Assembly (NCBI GenBank): GCA_964019335.1
Contig: OZ025719.1
Span: 372,001-436,000 of the forward strand
DNA: 64,000 bases
From: Diplonema japonicum
Taxonomy: Eukaryota; Protista; Euglenozoa: Diplonemea
Reading direction: 5' to 3'
Each line of letters begins with the position of its first letter. Position 1 is the stretch's first letter. This document shows positions 36,592 to 48,013 of this stretch, one piece after another. The notes beneath the pieces were generated by a model. It did not search any database. It saw only the letters and a program-made list of their open reading frames with translations, and was not told the DNA's origin. Both the position numbers and the translations under genes were made by a program.

Positions 36592-38209
36592 TTTTGATTT
36601 CGGTTGGAAGAAGGAGAGGAAGGGATGTTTGTTTTGTTTTGTTTGTTTTTTTTTTTTTTTTCTTCTCTTTTCTTTTTTAGTCTGTTGGCGAAAAAAAAGA
36701 AAAAAAAAAAAAGAAAAAGAAAGAAAGTGAGAGAAAAAGAAAAAGAGTAGTGGCAACTTGTTGGTGGTCGCCTTACGCAGCGGGTTTAACCGGCTTGTAC
36801 AAACAACAGTCGTGTGGCTCTTCTTCTTTTTCTTTTTTTGTTCTTCCTTTTTTTTTTTCTTGTGGTTCTATGAAGTTTTTTAAATACTTCGGGGATTGTC
36901 ACTAGTGCCCCCCCCCCCCCCCCCCACCACGCACGCACACACACACACACTCTACGGCAAAAAGTAAATAATAAGTGAATTGCAGGAGGAGGGAAGGGGG
37001 AACCTAAGGGAGAAACAAAAAGAGTCGGCAGCAACCGCGCGGTAGGTGCCTCAGAAAAGAGGCTCTTACTTCTCCTTCCCCCCCCCCCCTTTATCTTCTT
37101 CTCCTGGTTCGAGTCCTTTCCTAGTCCCATGTGGATGTTTGTTTCGTTGAGTTTTACAAAAGGTCATCGAGAGAAAGCCACAAAAGGGAAAGAACGAAAG
37201 AAGAAGAAAAAGAAAAAGAAAAGAAAAAGTTTACGAGCCTTGATGATAGTCCCTTAATCAGGGGTTCGGCCCGAAAAGATAGGCTTCAAAAGAAGAAAAA
37301 AAAGGGGGGAGGAGAGTTCTATGGCAAAGCGTAATGAAGAACATCTTACAGCTACACGCACCTCATCTCGCCTGGTGAGAACGGCATGACGTTTCGATGG
37401 TTGAAATTTAAAAGAAGAAAAAAAAAAAAAAAGAAGAGAAAAAGGATCCTTTTTAAAGTCTCTGAAAGGAAAAAAAAACTGTAAAAACGATGAAGTACCG
37501 GGGCATTTTGTGGGCAAGTTCCATACACTTCTTTTTTTTTGTTTTTTTTTTTTTGTTTTGCATTTTACAGTACTTTCTACAAAATAAAAATAAAAAAAAA
37601 AATAACAAAAATAAAACGGAGAGGGTGGGGCTAGAGGGTGTATGAATTATTATTGCCTCAAGACATGAAAATGCTTTTTTTTTTTCAGTGGTGGTGCTCT
37701 CGAGGGTCATCCCAAATGTAATGAAAAACAAAAGCTGACCCCCCCCCCCCCCCCCCCCCCCAAAGGCAGCCGAAATAGAAACCTTTCTTTCTGCTAAACT
37801 AGATGCTATCAAAAAAAGAATTTTATAAGGTTCATTTTTTTTTTTTTTTGGAAAACGGGTTTTTGGTCTTGACAAAGGGCGAATAGTGAATCATGCACCC
37901 TAGCTACCTATTGTCCCCCCCCTCTCTCCCTTTTTTTTTTGAATCTTTCTTTCTTTGTTTCTTGGTGGGTAGTTGCAAGACTTCTTCCCACTATGTGTAT
38001 TTTCTATTTCTATTTTATTTTTAAAGCAAAACGTAGGAGGGGGAGGGTTTTTACTAAAGTGGAGCCGGGGATAAAAGAGGAAAAGAAGAGAATAGAAATC
38101 ATACGTAAAAAAAAAAAAAAAAGAAGGTTTTTTTTTTTTTTTTTTATAAATCGTCGTTTGCTTCACTCTCACTCTGCTGTTGCTGCAGTTCCTCACCTAT
38201 TACAGAAAT

Positions 38210-38258
<49 letters not shown>

Positions 38259-38982
38259 AAACAGGAATGAGTGAAGAAAATGACGAAATGGAGGGTGAAA
38301 TGATTTTTTTTTTCCTCACGCAATTTTACTGTCTTAATCAAAAAAAAATACCCTCTCTTTAGGCAAAGCCCCTTCTTCTTTTTTTTTTTTTTATTTATTA
38401 GATAAATAATTTCTTCCTTTCATCCCGTCTATTCTACATATGAAGCGAGAGTCACAACACCCCCCCCCTCCCCCCTTTTTTTTCAAGAGCAACTCTAATT
38501 TCTTTTGTCAAGAAGTTGACTGACTAAAATTGGTTTCTGTTTTCTAACTAATTTCAACCCTTCTACCCTAGGGTTGGGGAGGGGGGGACATTCTCAAACA
38601 ATAACCAGATCTTTTTTTCTTTTCTTTTTTTTTTTTTTTTTTCCGTGGACAAAAAAACACTTGTTTATTGAAGTTCAAAGAAAAAAAGATTTAAAAAAAA
38701 GAAGGAAAAAAAAAAAAAAAGAAAATTGACCTTCGCCCCCCCGTTTCTCTCTTTCTTATCGCCTGATTCTCCAATGAGGGTTTTAAAAGAAAAGATGAAG
38801 AAAATGGAATGAAGGAAAACAAAAAAAGGGGGGGACACAATTAAAAAAAAAAGATTCTTTTAGGCTATGTTTGTTATATTGATCTCCCCACCCCACCCCC
38901 ACCCCTTTTTTCCCTTTCTTCTTCTTTTTTCTTTTAAGATAACAATATTTTGTATGGAAAAAGAGAAGAGGAAACATTTAGG

Positions 38983-39013
<31 letters not shown>

Positions 39014-39379
39014 TACGTATTTTTAAAGACCTTAGCAAAGATCTAAAAACCCAACCCGCCCAAAAAGCCTCTGGGGGAGGGGGAAGAGAAAGACCTTGTG
39101 GCAGCGTGCTGAACTATTTTATTAGGCAAGATTCCTCCGTTCGTTCACACAAGTGCACAAACTACTGTTTTTTTTGTGTAGTACCAAACGGTTAACAATC
39201 TGATTTTTTTTTTTAAATTGAAATAAAGACCTACCAACATTTTTTTGTTCCTCATCAAGAAGGGGGGGGGGGGGGGGTAAGATGCAAAAGGAAAGGGAAA
39301 AAAGCAAGATAAAAAAAACCCCCCCTCCCTCCTTCCTCCCTTCCTGTAAAAGAAGAAATAACGCTTTTTTTTTCGAGGT

Positions 39380-39444
39380 CCCAGAAGGGAGATAAGTAGA
39401 GACAAGGGGGACGTTCCAAAACAGGAACCTCCTTTATCTCATCT
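39380..39444. repeat. Dispersed repeat family B, copy 1
   Basis: cccagaaggga..gataagtagagacaaggggg..ccaaaaca(g/a)gaacctcctttatctcatc-polyT, also at 63162-63232. Confidence 0.85.
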
Positions 39445-39876
39445 TTTTTTTTTTTTTAAAATCCCACTTGTGAAAGCCATGGCGTAAAGTTTGTTGTTGT
39501 TTTTTTTTTTTTTTAAGGGTGGTCCTCGAGTGGGATTTGCCCTTAAACATCGCCTTTTTTTTTTTTTTTTTTTTACTTAGTCCCACCCCTATCCCCGTCA
39601 TCTGAAGAAAAAGATAAAGAAAATGTGCCCCAAAAAAAAAAGAAAATAATAGAGGAGGAAGATAGAAGAAAACAAAAAAGGGGTTTCACCATGCAGCACA
39701 CGAGCACACCAGTACTTCGTGTCGTCAGAAAACGGGGAAAATGGAAAAAAAAAATAGAAGGAAAAAAAAAAAAAGAAAAGAAAAACATGCTGCATCATGC
39801 GCGTTCACTCGGAGGCTACCATATGCCAGCAGGACAACAGATATCACACACACCCTCTCTCTTTTTTTTTTTTTTT

Positions 39877-39990
39877 GTTTTAACAATATTATTGTCGAGA
39901 CTAAAAACTAGTTGATGGCAGCGTAATGATATTTTATTAGGTAAAACTCCGCTCGTGCACACAAACAAAAGGAGCGCCAAACTAGTTTTT
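39877..39990. repeat. Dispersed repeat family A, copy 2
   Basis: Matches 25379-25494 with a few substitutions and a 2-nt indel. Confidence 0.9.
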
Positions 39991-40476
39991 TTTTTTCTTT
40001 TTTCTTTCTTGTTTATTAAAAGCTTTACTTGGCTGATATAGTCCTTTTTTGATTTACCGTCAAAAAAAAAAGAAACGGGGGAATGAGTTTTTTCTGGGAG
40101 GGGGGGGGGGGGGGGGGGGAGAAGAGATGAATTTATTGTTTTCTTTCTTCTTTGTTTCTCTCTTTTTTTTTTTTTTTACTAAAAAGTCCAATGGTAGAAA
40201 TGGCCTGAGTGAATTGTTACTGTAAAAGCTTACAGAACTATGATATTTTTCTTTTGTTTATTGTTAAATTACCCCCCTTTTTTTCTGTACAGGTCAGCAT
40301 ACCCGGACTAATTTAAATAAGACTCCCTTTTTTTCAGAGTTTCTTTGAAAAGAAATCTTATAGCAAAGAAGGAGTAGAGAGACAGCATCCCTACTATAGG
40401 TGAACACCACTTGCTTGTTTAAACGAAGAAATGAATTTTTCAAGGGGCGGGGGGGGGGGAATAAAAAGAAACCCAT

Positions 40477-40622
40477 TGGGGTTGAGCTGTACACCGCACG
40501 CATTAAGGACACGACGCGGAACGCAGAAGAAGCTACAACTCGGCCGCGGCGCGCCCCCTGTAATCAAGTAGACAGTTCTTGTGCAGGGCGCCGCCAACAC
40601 CGGCCTCCTTTAACTCATATAT
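40477..40622. repeat. Dispersed repeat family C, short copy (146 bp, GC-rich)
   Basis: Identical by eye to 41749-41894. Confidence 0.92.
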
Positions 40623-40735
40623 ATTCACAAACACGTTGTTTCATTTAACGACAGCAAAATTTTGAGGTGAACCGCAGTCGGGTGCTTGCCCATCCCAAAA
40701 AGAACCTTGGTAGGAATTTTGGGAGGATTTTGCTG

Positions 40736-40882
40736 AAATTAGGCCCAGGAGTGAAACAATATTTTTCTTATTTTAACGCTATCAGAATTTTTTTTTTTCA
40801 CTCCTGGGCCCTAATTTTTCTTTAGAAGCCTGAAAATAAAAAGTCCGGAGTGAAAAAAAAGTGAATTCTGATTTTTCACTCC
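40736..40882. repeat. Nested inverted repeats (GGAGTGAAA/TTTCACTCC), foldback or MITE-like
   Basis: aaattaggcccaggagtgaaa (40736-40756) pairs with tttcactcctgggccctaattt (40796-40817). A second ggagtgaaa..tttcactcc pair lies at 40847-40882. Confidence 0.75.
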
Positions 40883-41039
40883 CACACACACGAAAAGTTG
40901 TGCTGGAGTTAAATAAAAAAAAAATATATATATATAAAAAAGAAAGAACAGAAAAAGTCTTTTTTTTTTTGATGCGCTCAACTCATATTAAATTTAGGGG
41001 TACTTTTTTTTTTTTTTTTTGTGTAAACAAGAAAAAGAA

Positions 41040-41102
41040 AAACAATAAATTGTAAATTGAATTGTTATTTGCTAAAAAAGAGTCGAGACAGCTTTGTTCG
41101 GC
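41040..41102. repeat. Dispersed repeat family D, copy 1
   Basis: aacaat(a/g)aattgtaaat(t)gaattgttatt(t/c)gctaaaaaag(a/t)gtcgag(a/g)cagctttgttcggc, also at 63741-63802. Confidence 0.85.
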
Positions 41103-41604
41103 CTTACCCTTCTACAGGACACCGCTGACTTTGCACAAACAACAAACCGCCAGCTCTTTTTTTTTTCTTTTTTTTTTTCCCTCTCCCCTTACTCGAGCGA
41201 GGGGGAGAAAAAAAAAAAAGAAGCAGGTCTTTTGTCACCAATATGGCCATGTGGTCCGTTATTCGCTGCTTTCTGTCACAAAGTGTATTTTCCGAGAAGA
41301 TTGGGGCAAATAGCGAATAATAGACCATATGTATTATTCTTCTTTTTTATAATAATACTGTTTCCCGTGGAATGGATGCAACCCAATGGATCTCCAAGGG
41401 TTTTTTTTTTTTTTTTTTTTTGCACATCTATGGTGTTCAGTGGTAAATAATGTTCCCCCTTCTCTCTTTCCTCCCTCCAGAACAAAGTAAAAAAAAAAAA
41501 TGTCAATTCTGTGGTTACTGTGTGTGCCGGCAAATACTTGACCTTTTTTCCCGACCATGTGTATTTTCCAGGTGGTGGGGATAACATGAAAATATAAGAA
41601 AAAC

Positions 41605-41894
41605 ATCAGATGTGTTGTTCGCTGTTGACCTCCTCGTCGGTCATCACCGGCAGCACCCGAGTGGAAGAACATAATGCAGATGCTCAGGGTGACGAACAGG
41701 CAGCAAACTGCACGAGCGCAGAATCTTGGTTACCCGGGACGCACCGGCTGGGGTTGAGCTGTACACCGCACGCATTAAGGACACGACGCGGAACGCAGAA
41801 GAAGCTACAACTCGGCCGCGGCGCGCCCCCTGTAATCAAGTAGACAGTTCTTGTGCAGGGCGCCGCCAACACCGGCCTCCTTTAACTCATATAT
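41605..41894. repeat. Dispersed repeat family C, longer copy
   Basis: 41749-41894 duplicates 40477-40622. GC-rich sequence extends about 140 nt further left, and the copy ends in poly-T. Confidence 0.8.
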
Positions 41895-42651
41895 TTTTTT
41901 TTTTTTTTTTTTTTTCCAGGGCCCTCTAGTGGGGGTTGCTCTTAAACATCACCTTTTCTTTTCTCCTTCAACACATACCTATCTCAAGAAACAGTTTTTC
42001 TTCTTTTTTTTTTCTTCCTTTTTTTTTCTTCTTCTTTTTTCTTGTAAACGTTAAAAGAAACATGCAACACCCACCCCCCCTACCCCTGTAAAGTAGCTTT
42101 TTATCTGTTATTTCTTTCCTTCGCCTACTTCAGAAAACAAAAAGAGGTACCGGGTTTGGACATACTTTGAGGGCGAAACTATTTGAAACGGGAAAAGTTG
42201 TATCAAAACCTTTTCCGGATAAAATAGGGATTCTTATTTTATTTTATTATAAGACCCTTGGAGTGAGAGCAAAAGAACAGAAGCGCGGCTCCAGAAAGGG
42301 AGCATCAAAAAGACCCCGCCTGAAAATTGCCCTTAAACACTCCTTGTATTTTTTTTTTTTTTTTTGGCTCAGGTCCAAATCCGGTATTCTACTCCCAATT
42401 ATTTGCTTTTAAAATTTTAATTTTTTTTTTTTTACGAGATTCCCAACAAACTTTCCCCCCCCAAAAAAATAGACTGTTTGAGGAACCGTAGTAAAAAAAA
42501 AAGAGGAAAAAAAAAAAAGGAAAAAAAAAAAAAAAAAAAAAAAAAAAAAGCACCCATTCTTTACTTCTGTCTTCCTATTATTATTTAATTATATATTTTC
42601 TTTCTCGAAGTTTTTAATTCTTCTTACTAAAAGACACCCACAGGGGTCCAC

Positions 42652-45600
42652 ATGCCTGTCGCAGTAGGGAGCAAGGTGCGCCTCAATCCTGATGTGGAGC
42701 TCGTGCAGAAGCTCTGCAAGTCGCTGGGTACTTGGAACAGGTCGAAAGCCAAGCGGTGTGGGTGTGAGGCAGTGGTAGTAGAGGTTGACCCATTGGACAA
42801 CAGCTGTAAGCTAGAGTTTGAGGACCTAAGGTGCGCGTGGTACTCGGGAGAGGCCTTGGATCCTATCGACGACCTGAAGGATAGTGAAAACAGCTGGGAG
42901 GAGCTCGAGCACAAGGAGCACACCAGCCAGGCATGCGACCCCTCGATGTCTATACAGCAGGACTACTTCGTCAATGATGCCCAGCCTGCCATCCCTGAGG
43001 TCAAGCCAATCATCCCCTCGCACTTCTCCCCTGACCCCCCCTCACAGCTCGACGCCGCTATAGAGCCTGAGGCTCTGCTCACCCACAACTCCCAACCGGA
43101 GGACGACGATGCCTTCTGGACACAGCAGCAGGAGCCGTTTGAGTCGTCCCTGCCCAAGACAGGCTCTCCTGCCGAAGCTGCCCCGCAGCCCCACAAGCCA
43201 TTCGACCCCTTTGCTGGCGGTAATGTCGTATCTGAGGAGCCGACATACACGTTGAGCACACCCCCTCAAGAACCCCCTCAGCACGTCAACGCCCCTGCCC
43301 CCGCTCCCACAGCAGTCTTGGACCCTTTCCAGAGCCCTGCCAGCACCCCTGTGGACTCCGACACAGTGCCCGGCTCTTGGTTTGTAAAACCGGCTTCTAG
43401 TGAACAAGACATGCTGCAAGGCTCGTGGAGGAGCAGTGCATCTGAAAGACAGAAAGAACCAGAGCAGCTTCACTCTAAGCCTGCCTCGAGGTTGGAAGAC
43501 TCGTCTGACTCGAAGCCCATCGCAAGCCACGACGTTGTGGACCCTCTTCAGGCGGACACGGAACCCGAGTCTGTAGCTGCTGGTTTTGATTACGAAGCGC
43601 TCCCTATGACAGAAGACTTCGCACCAATGATCGAGGAGCCTGCAGAGTCTCCCTTTGTGGCCGAGGCAGCACCCATTGACCCCTTTGCTGGACCCGCAAC
43701 ACATGTAGTTGAGCCAGCTTACCCTGTCGCTGCAGACCCCTTCGTGAGTGCCGAGGTTAGTGATCCGTTTTCGGGTAGTAGCAACCGAGCCCCACAGTTT
43801 GCAGTACCAGCAACCATTCCCCAAGACCCCTTCTCGCAAGTGGGGGAGACACCAGCACTTCCCTTCACGACAGACGCCTTCGAAACAGATACGGGTTTTT
43901 TCGTCAACGACACGAAGCCGCAAGAGATGGCCGCAGAACCAGAATTACCTGCCGAACGAGAGCCTCAACCTGAATTTGAGCTTCAGCAGGCCATGGCCAT
44001 GGCACCTTTTCAGGATACGTTGTTGGCGCCCATTGCTTACAGTGCGGAACAGAGTAAAGGCGAAGACTTGCTTATCTTATCTGATGCAACGGCTGCCCCT
44101 GTGGAGCCTGTTGTTCAGCCCGAAATTCAAGAACAGGTTCGAAACGAATGTGCAGCTGCAACGGCACCATCCCTGTCACCGTCGCCCTCCAGCGACATCG
44201 ACCAGTGGCCAGGGGCAGAGAGGGTGCCTGAGAACGCCTCTGTTGAGGTGCCATACGAGAAACCGAATGAAAATGTGTTTGAGTCCCAAGATCCTTTCTT
44301 GCAGGCTGCCCCCGAGCAGTTCGCTGCACCTGCTGACGTCGACCCCTTTAGCGGGATGCCGATACACCCCCAAGACCCTCCTCAGGAGTTTATACCCGAA
44401 ATGACATACCCTCCTACAACCACTGCCACAGCCGCCGAGATGCCACTCTTGGATCCCTTTACGGGCGAACCCATCTACGTTTCCAAAAAAGAAGAACCTC
44501 TCCCATGCCCAGAGCTGCACCCGACACCTGAGCGCCAACCAACACCTGAACGCCAACCAACACCTGAACCCCAGCCAACACTTGAACACCAGCCAACACC
44601 TGAACGCCAACCAACACCTGAACCTGAGCAAGTTCCTCCAGAAACACAGCCGGAGGCAGAAGCAGCACCAGAGCCGGTACCTGTGCCTGTGCCAGAGCCA
44701 CCACTGCAGGAACAAGAGCCGCCCCCAGTGCCTGAGGAAAGGAAAGATGTCGAACAGATTGGAAAGACAGAACTTGTTGAGTGTGTTGAGAAAGAGGCCG
44801 TCCCGGATCTTCCAATGGCGCCAAAAGAGACAAAGACCGGGGACACTATTAGTTCTGAGGTCAGAGAACTAGGAGACGACATGAGAGCCAAAGAAGCTCC
44901 CGAAGCTCTACAAGACACATCAAAAGAGCCTCCGAGCGTCGTGGAAGAAGCGGGGGAAAGTGATGAAATGAGCAGCATGCATACGCCTGAAGACTCAGAC
45001 ATGGGGGACGATGAGCCAGACCCACAGGTGCCTACAGCATGTGAGGTAGCAGAGACTGCGAAACCTCTCGTACCATCTGAACAGGTAGAGGCAGCCAGGG
45101 AAGAAGAGAAAATAGAAGAAAAAGAGCCAGAAGCACCAAAGAAAGAGCCAACGGAAGAAGTGTTCGACCCTTTTTTGCAGAATACTGAGGAACCGCCTGT
45201 GCAACAAGAACAGGAACCAGAACAGCAACAACAACAAAGTTCAGAGTTTAATGAGACAGCAGCCCAGCAGCCTGCTACGGGACAGTATGAAGCAGAGCTC
45301 ATGCAACAGTATCTCCAAGAACAGCAGGGCTGGGTTGAGCTCGTTGATCCTGCTTCAGGTTACACTTACTATTATAACCAAACTACAAACGAGTCCAGCT
45401 GGCAATTGCCCGCGTGTTTCACGCAGTACCAGCAGCTTCTTGCATCCATGCAACAGCCATATGCTCAAGAGGCTGTTTCTCAGGATACTACGTCCGCAGT
45501 TGCAAGTGCTGTGCAACCCGAGCCTGAGGAACAAAAGCGAGCAGCAAGCCAGCAGGATAGTGCACATGTAACCCCACAGATGCATCATGCCTCTGAGCCT

Positions 45601-47312
45601 GTACAACGGACGGGAACGGACTCTCCCATACCTCAAACGCAGCAGGACATGAGTCCCCAGGCGGGGCACTGCGTACCGATGCCGAGACAGTTCAGGACGC
45701 CCTGCCTTGCCTTTGGTGCCGGTAGGTTCTTCACCACCAACTGTCTGACGACAGTCCAAAGCTACTCATTTACAAGCATGTTTGAGGCCTACGGCACCGA
45801 GTATGGAAAGCAGGAATGGCGAGTCCTAAGCAACCACCCTGGGCCGCTGAAAGAGATCAAGCCAGACACCGTTGCTGACCATGTCGACAGGCTGCCTAGT
45901 GCACCGCTGCAGAACATCCTGAGGTACTTGGCACTGCATGGATACAGCTGGGAGAACGATCACTGGGAGCCGTATATCACCGCACTGCTTGACGGTTTGA
46001 AAGAAGAGGAGATTGCACCTGCTGTGTCTGTGGATGAGAGCCTCGTGGACGACGTGTCGCTGTCCATGGAGGAGAGGCTTCGCAGGGCATTAGAGAGAGA
46101 GAAGCAGGCAGGGTACAAACGCGATGTGTGCAATAGCATACAGAAGCAGCTTCTGTTCAACACTCAGAAGGAGGCGGTGGCGACGGCCGTGCAAGGGAAG
46201 GAGTTCGGGCTGGCTAGCTTGATCGCGTCGTGTCTGAACGAAGAGATCTGGAAGGACGTGCAGATGCAGCAGGCAAAGAACCTCGACACGCAGTCACCCC
46301 TGTTCCACTCGCTGCTCGTCTCACAGCAGATCAACTCTGTTGAGTCAATGACCGACTTCCGAATCCCCTCATGGCGGGGCATCCTTCTTGCAGTTCTCAA
46401 AACGCCTGTCGGCGGGCACTCCGTCACTGTCATCAAGAGTCTCATCGACAAGCTCTTCGCAGCCAGCGAGGTCGACGCAGCACACTTCTGCCTGATGTGC
46501 ATCGCAGCCCGTCCGCAGATGCAGCAGTTCCACCCTATGCTGCTGGGCGGCATCAACCAGAGACCGTGCTGCAGGACCTCCTTCATCAGCACGCAGAGCA
46601 TCTTCCAGACAGAGGTCCTTGAATACCACAAACAGAAAACGAATAAGAACTTTCACCTGGAGCACATGGTGCCTTACAAGATGGCGTTGGCATGCTTCAT
46701 GTTTGAAGTGGGGATGTTCAAGGAATGCGTGGCGTACCTGCCAGACAGTAGGAAGAGGGATGGACCACAGGCGGTGGCACATTTGTCCGAAGAGTTGAGA
46801 GAGAAGTGCAAGATACAGTTAGAAGGTGCAAAGAACAGTGGTTGGGGGTTGGGGAGGATGCTGTGGGGGAAGAAAGAGAAGGAGGCGAAAGCAAAGGAGC
46901 AGAATAATAAGAAGGAGGTAAAAAAGATACAGAAGGAAGAGGTGGAAGAGCCAAAGAAAAAATCGGGGTGGTTCGGGTTTTTGAAGAAAAAGGAGGACGA
47001 TGGGTGCCCTCAGGTATGCGGACAACAACATAGTCACAGACACCACAGGCCATTCTGCCTGACGAGAAGGACGAAGCTGACTTCGGCTTCGATGAGAGCA
47101 AGGGTTGGTACTTCAAGAACCCTGAGACAGAGATGTTACCACCCACTACAGGGCCTCCTCCTCCCGTAGCCCTTACGACAAGCAGGGAAAGAGCCGGGCC
47201 CTCGACTGCTACTTCCCAACCGCCACTTCCCCCGGGTGCTGGTGTGCCTCCTGTTTCGTCTTTTGCACAACCAGCCCCACAGAGAAGTCAGTACCTCGAT
47301 TCATTTAACTAG
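42652..47312 (+). CDS. SEC16: Sec16-like COPII scaffold with N-terminal Mib-type SH3-like repeat, DPF-rich region and WW domain
   Basis: Exons 42652-47013 and 47049-47312 (35-nt intron). Sec16 central-domain pattern PCLAFGAG, HPGPL, EAVATAV...ASLIAS, WRGILLAVL, DAAHFC, LLG, QTEVLEY, PYKM...EVG; C-terminal AILPDE...FDESKGW and RSQYLDSFN. WW: GWVELVDPASGYTYYYNQTTNESSWQLP. Confidence 0.8.
44521..44625 (+). repeat. 18-nt coding tandem repeat (PTPERQ) x5-6
   Basis: ccaacacctgaacgccaa units. Confidence 0.9.
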
Positions 47313-48013
47313 TTTTGAAACGAGGAGTGCTATAAGAAACCAATGAAAGAAAGATAGAAAGAAACAACTAGCCCTTTTGCGGTGACCTTCCTTGTAAAAC
47401 TAACCAGAGATGAAAGAATATTTTTTTGACAGGGAAAAAAAAAAAGAAAACAAGAAAACAGTTTTTTTTTCTCCTATCATGAGGGAACTCAAAGAAAACT
47501 TGAGAGAAGAAAAATGAAAAGTAGCATCAGAGGAATGGGGGCAGTAAAAGGAAGATCGGCTTTCGGGAAATGTGGTAATGGAGGGGTTCCCCTTGAGGTA
47601 GGTTAATGAAATTTTCATAGAAAAGTAACCCCACTTTTTTTTTCTTTTTTTTTTTTTTGAAAGTGTGTCATAGTTCAAAACAAAGAGAGATGAACTTAAC
47701 AAAAGAGACTTAAGAATTTCCACGTTCCACGAAGGTTTCCCTCCCATGGAATGAAAAAGAAGAAATGACTAAAGAAAAAGGTGATTTGTATAATAGCACC
47801 CTTTCCCCCCCTTTTTTTTAAAAGAAACCACAAAGCCTTTTCTTTCATTCTTTCTTGAGAAAAAGAAAAAGCAGAAGTTACTTTTTTTTACAATCTCCCT
47901 CCCCCGTCCCCCCACAACTTTTTTGTTTTGTTTGGTTAACAAATGATATTTATTCACAAAAACGCCGCCTCCCTTGCTGTATTCTTATCGCAGTGCGCTT
48001 TGGTACTAAGGCC

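Noticed and set aside
37236-37290. Possible C/D-box snoRNA (TGATGA inside a gagcct..aggct stem)
   Set aside because: No properly placed CTGA D box and no recognisable rRNA guide.
40220-40245. Possible spliced-leader RNA fragment (aaaagcttacag)
   Set aside because: Only a short partial resemblance, lacking the rest of the leader and the donor site.
9949-42600. Many short ORFs rich in poly-F, poly-K, poly-P or poly-G
   Set aside because: They are translations of homopolymer tracts in introns and intergenic DNA.
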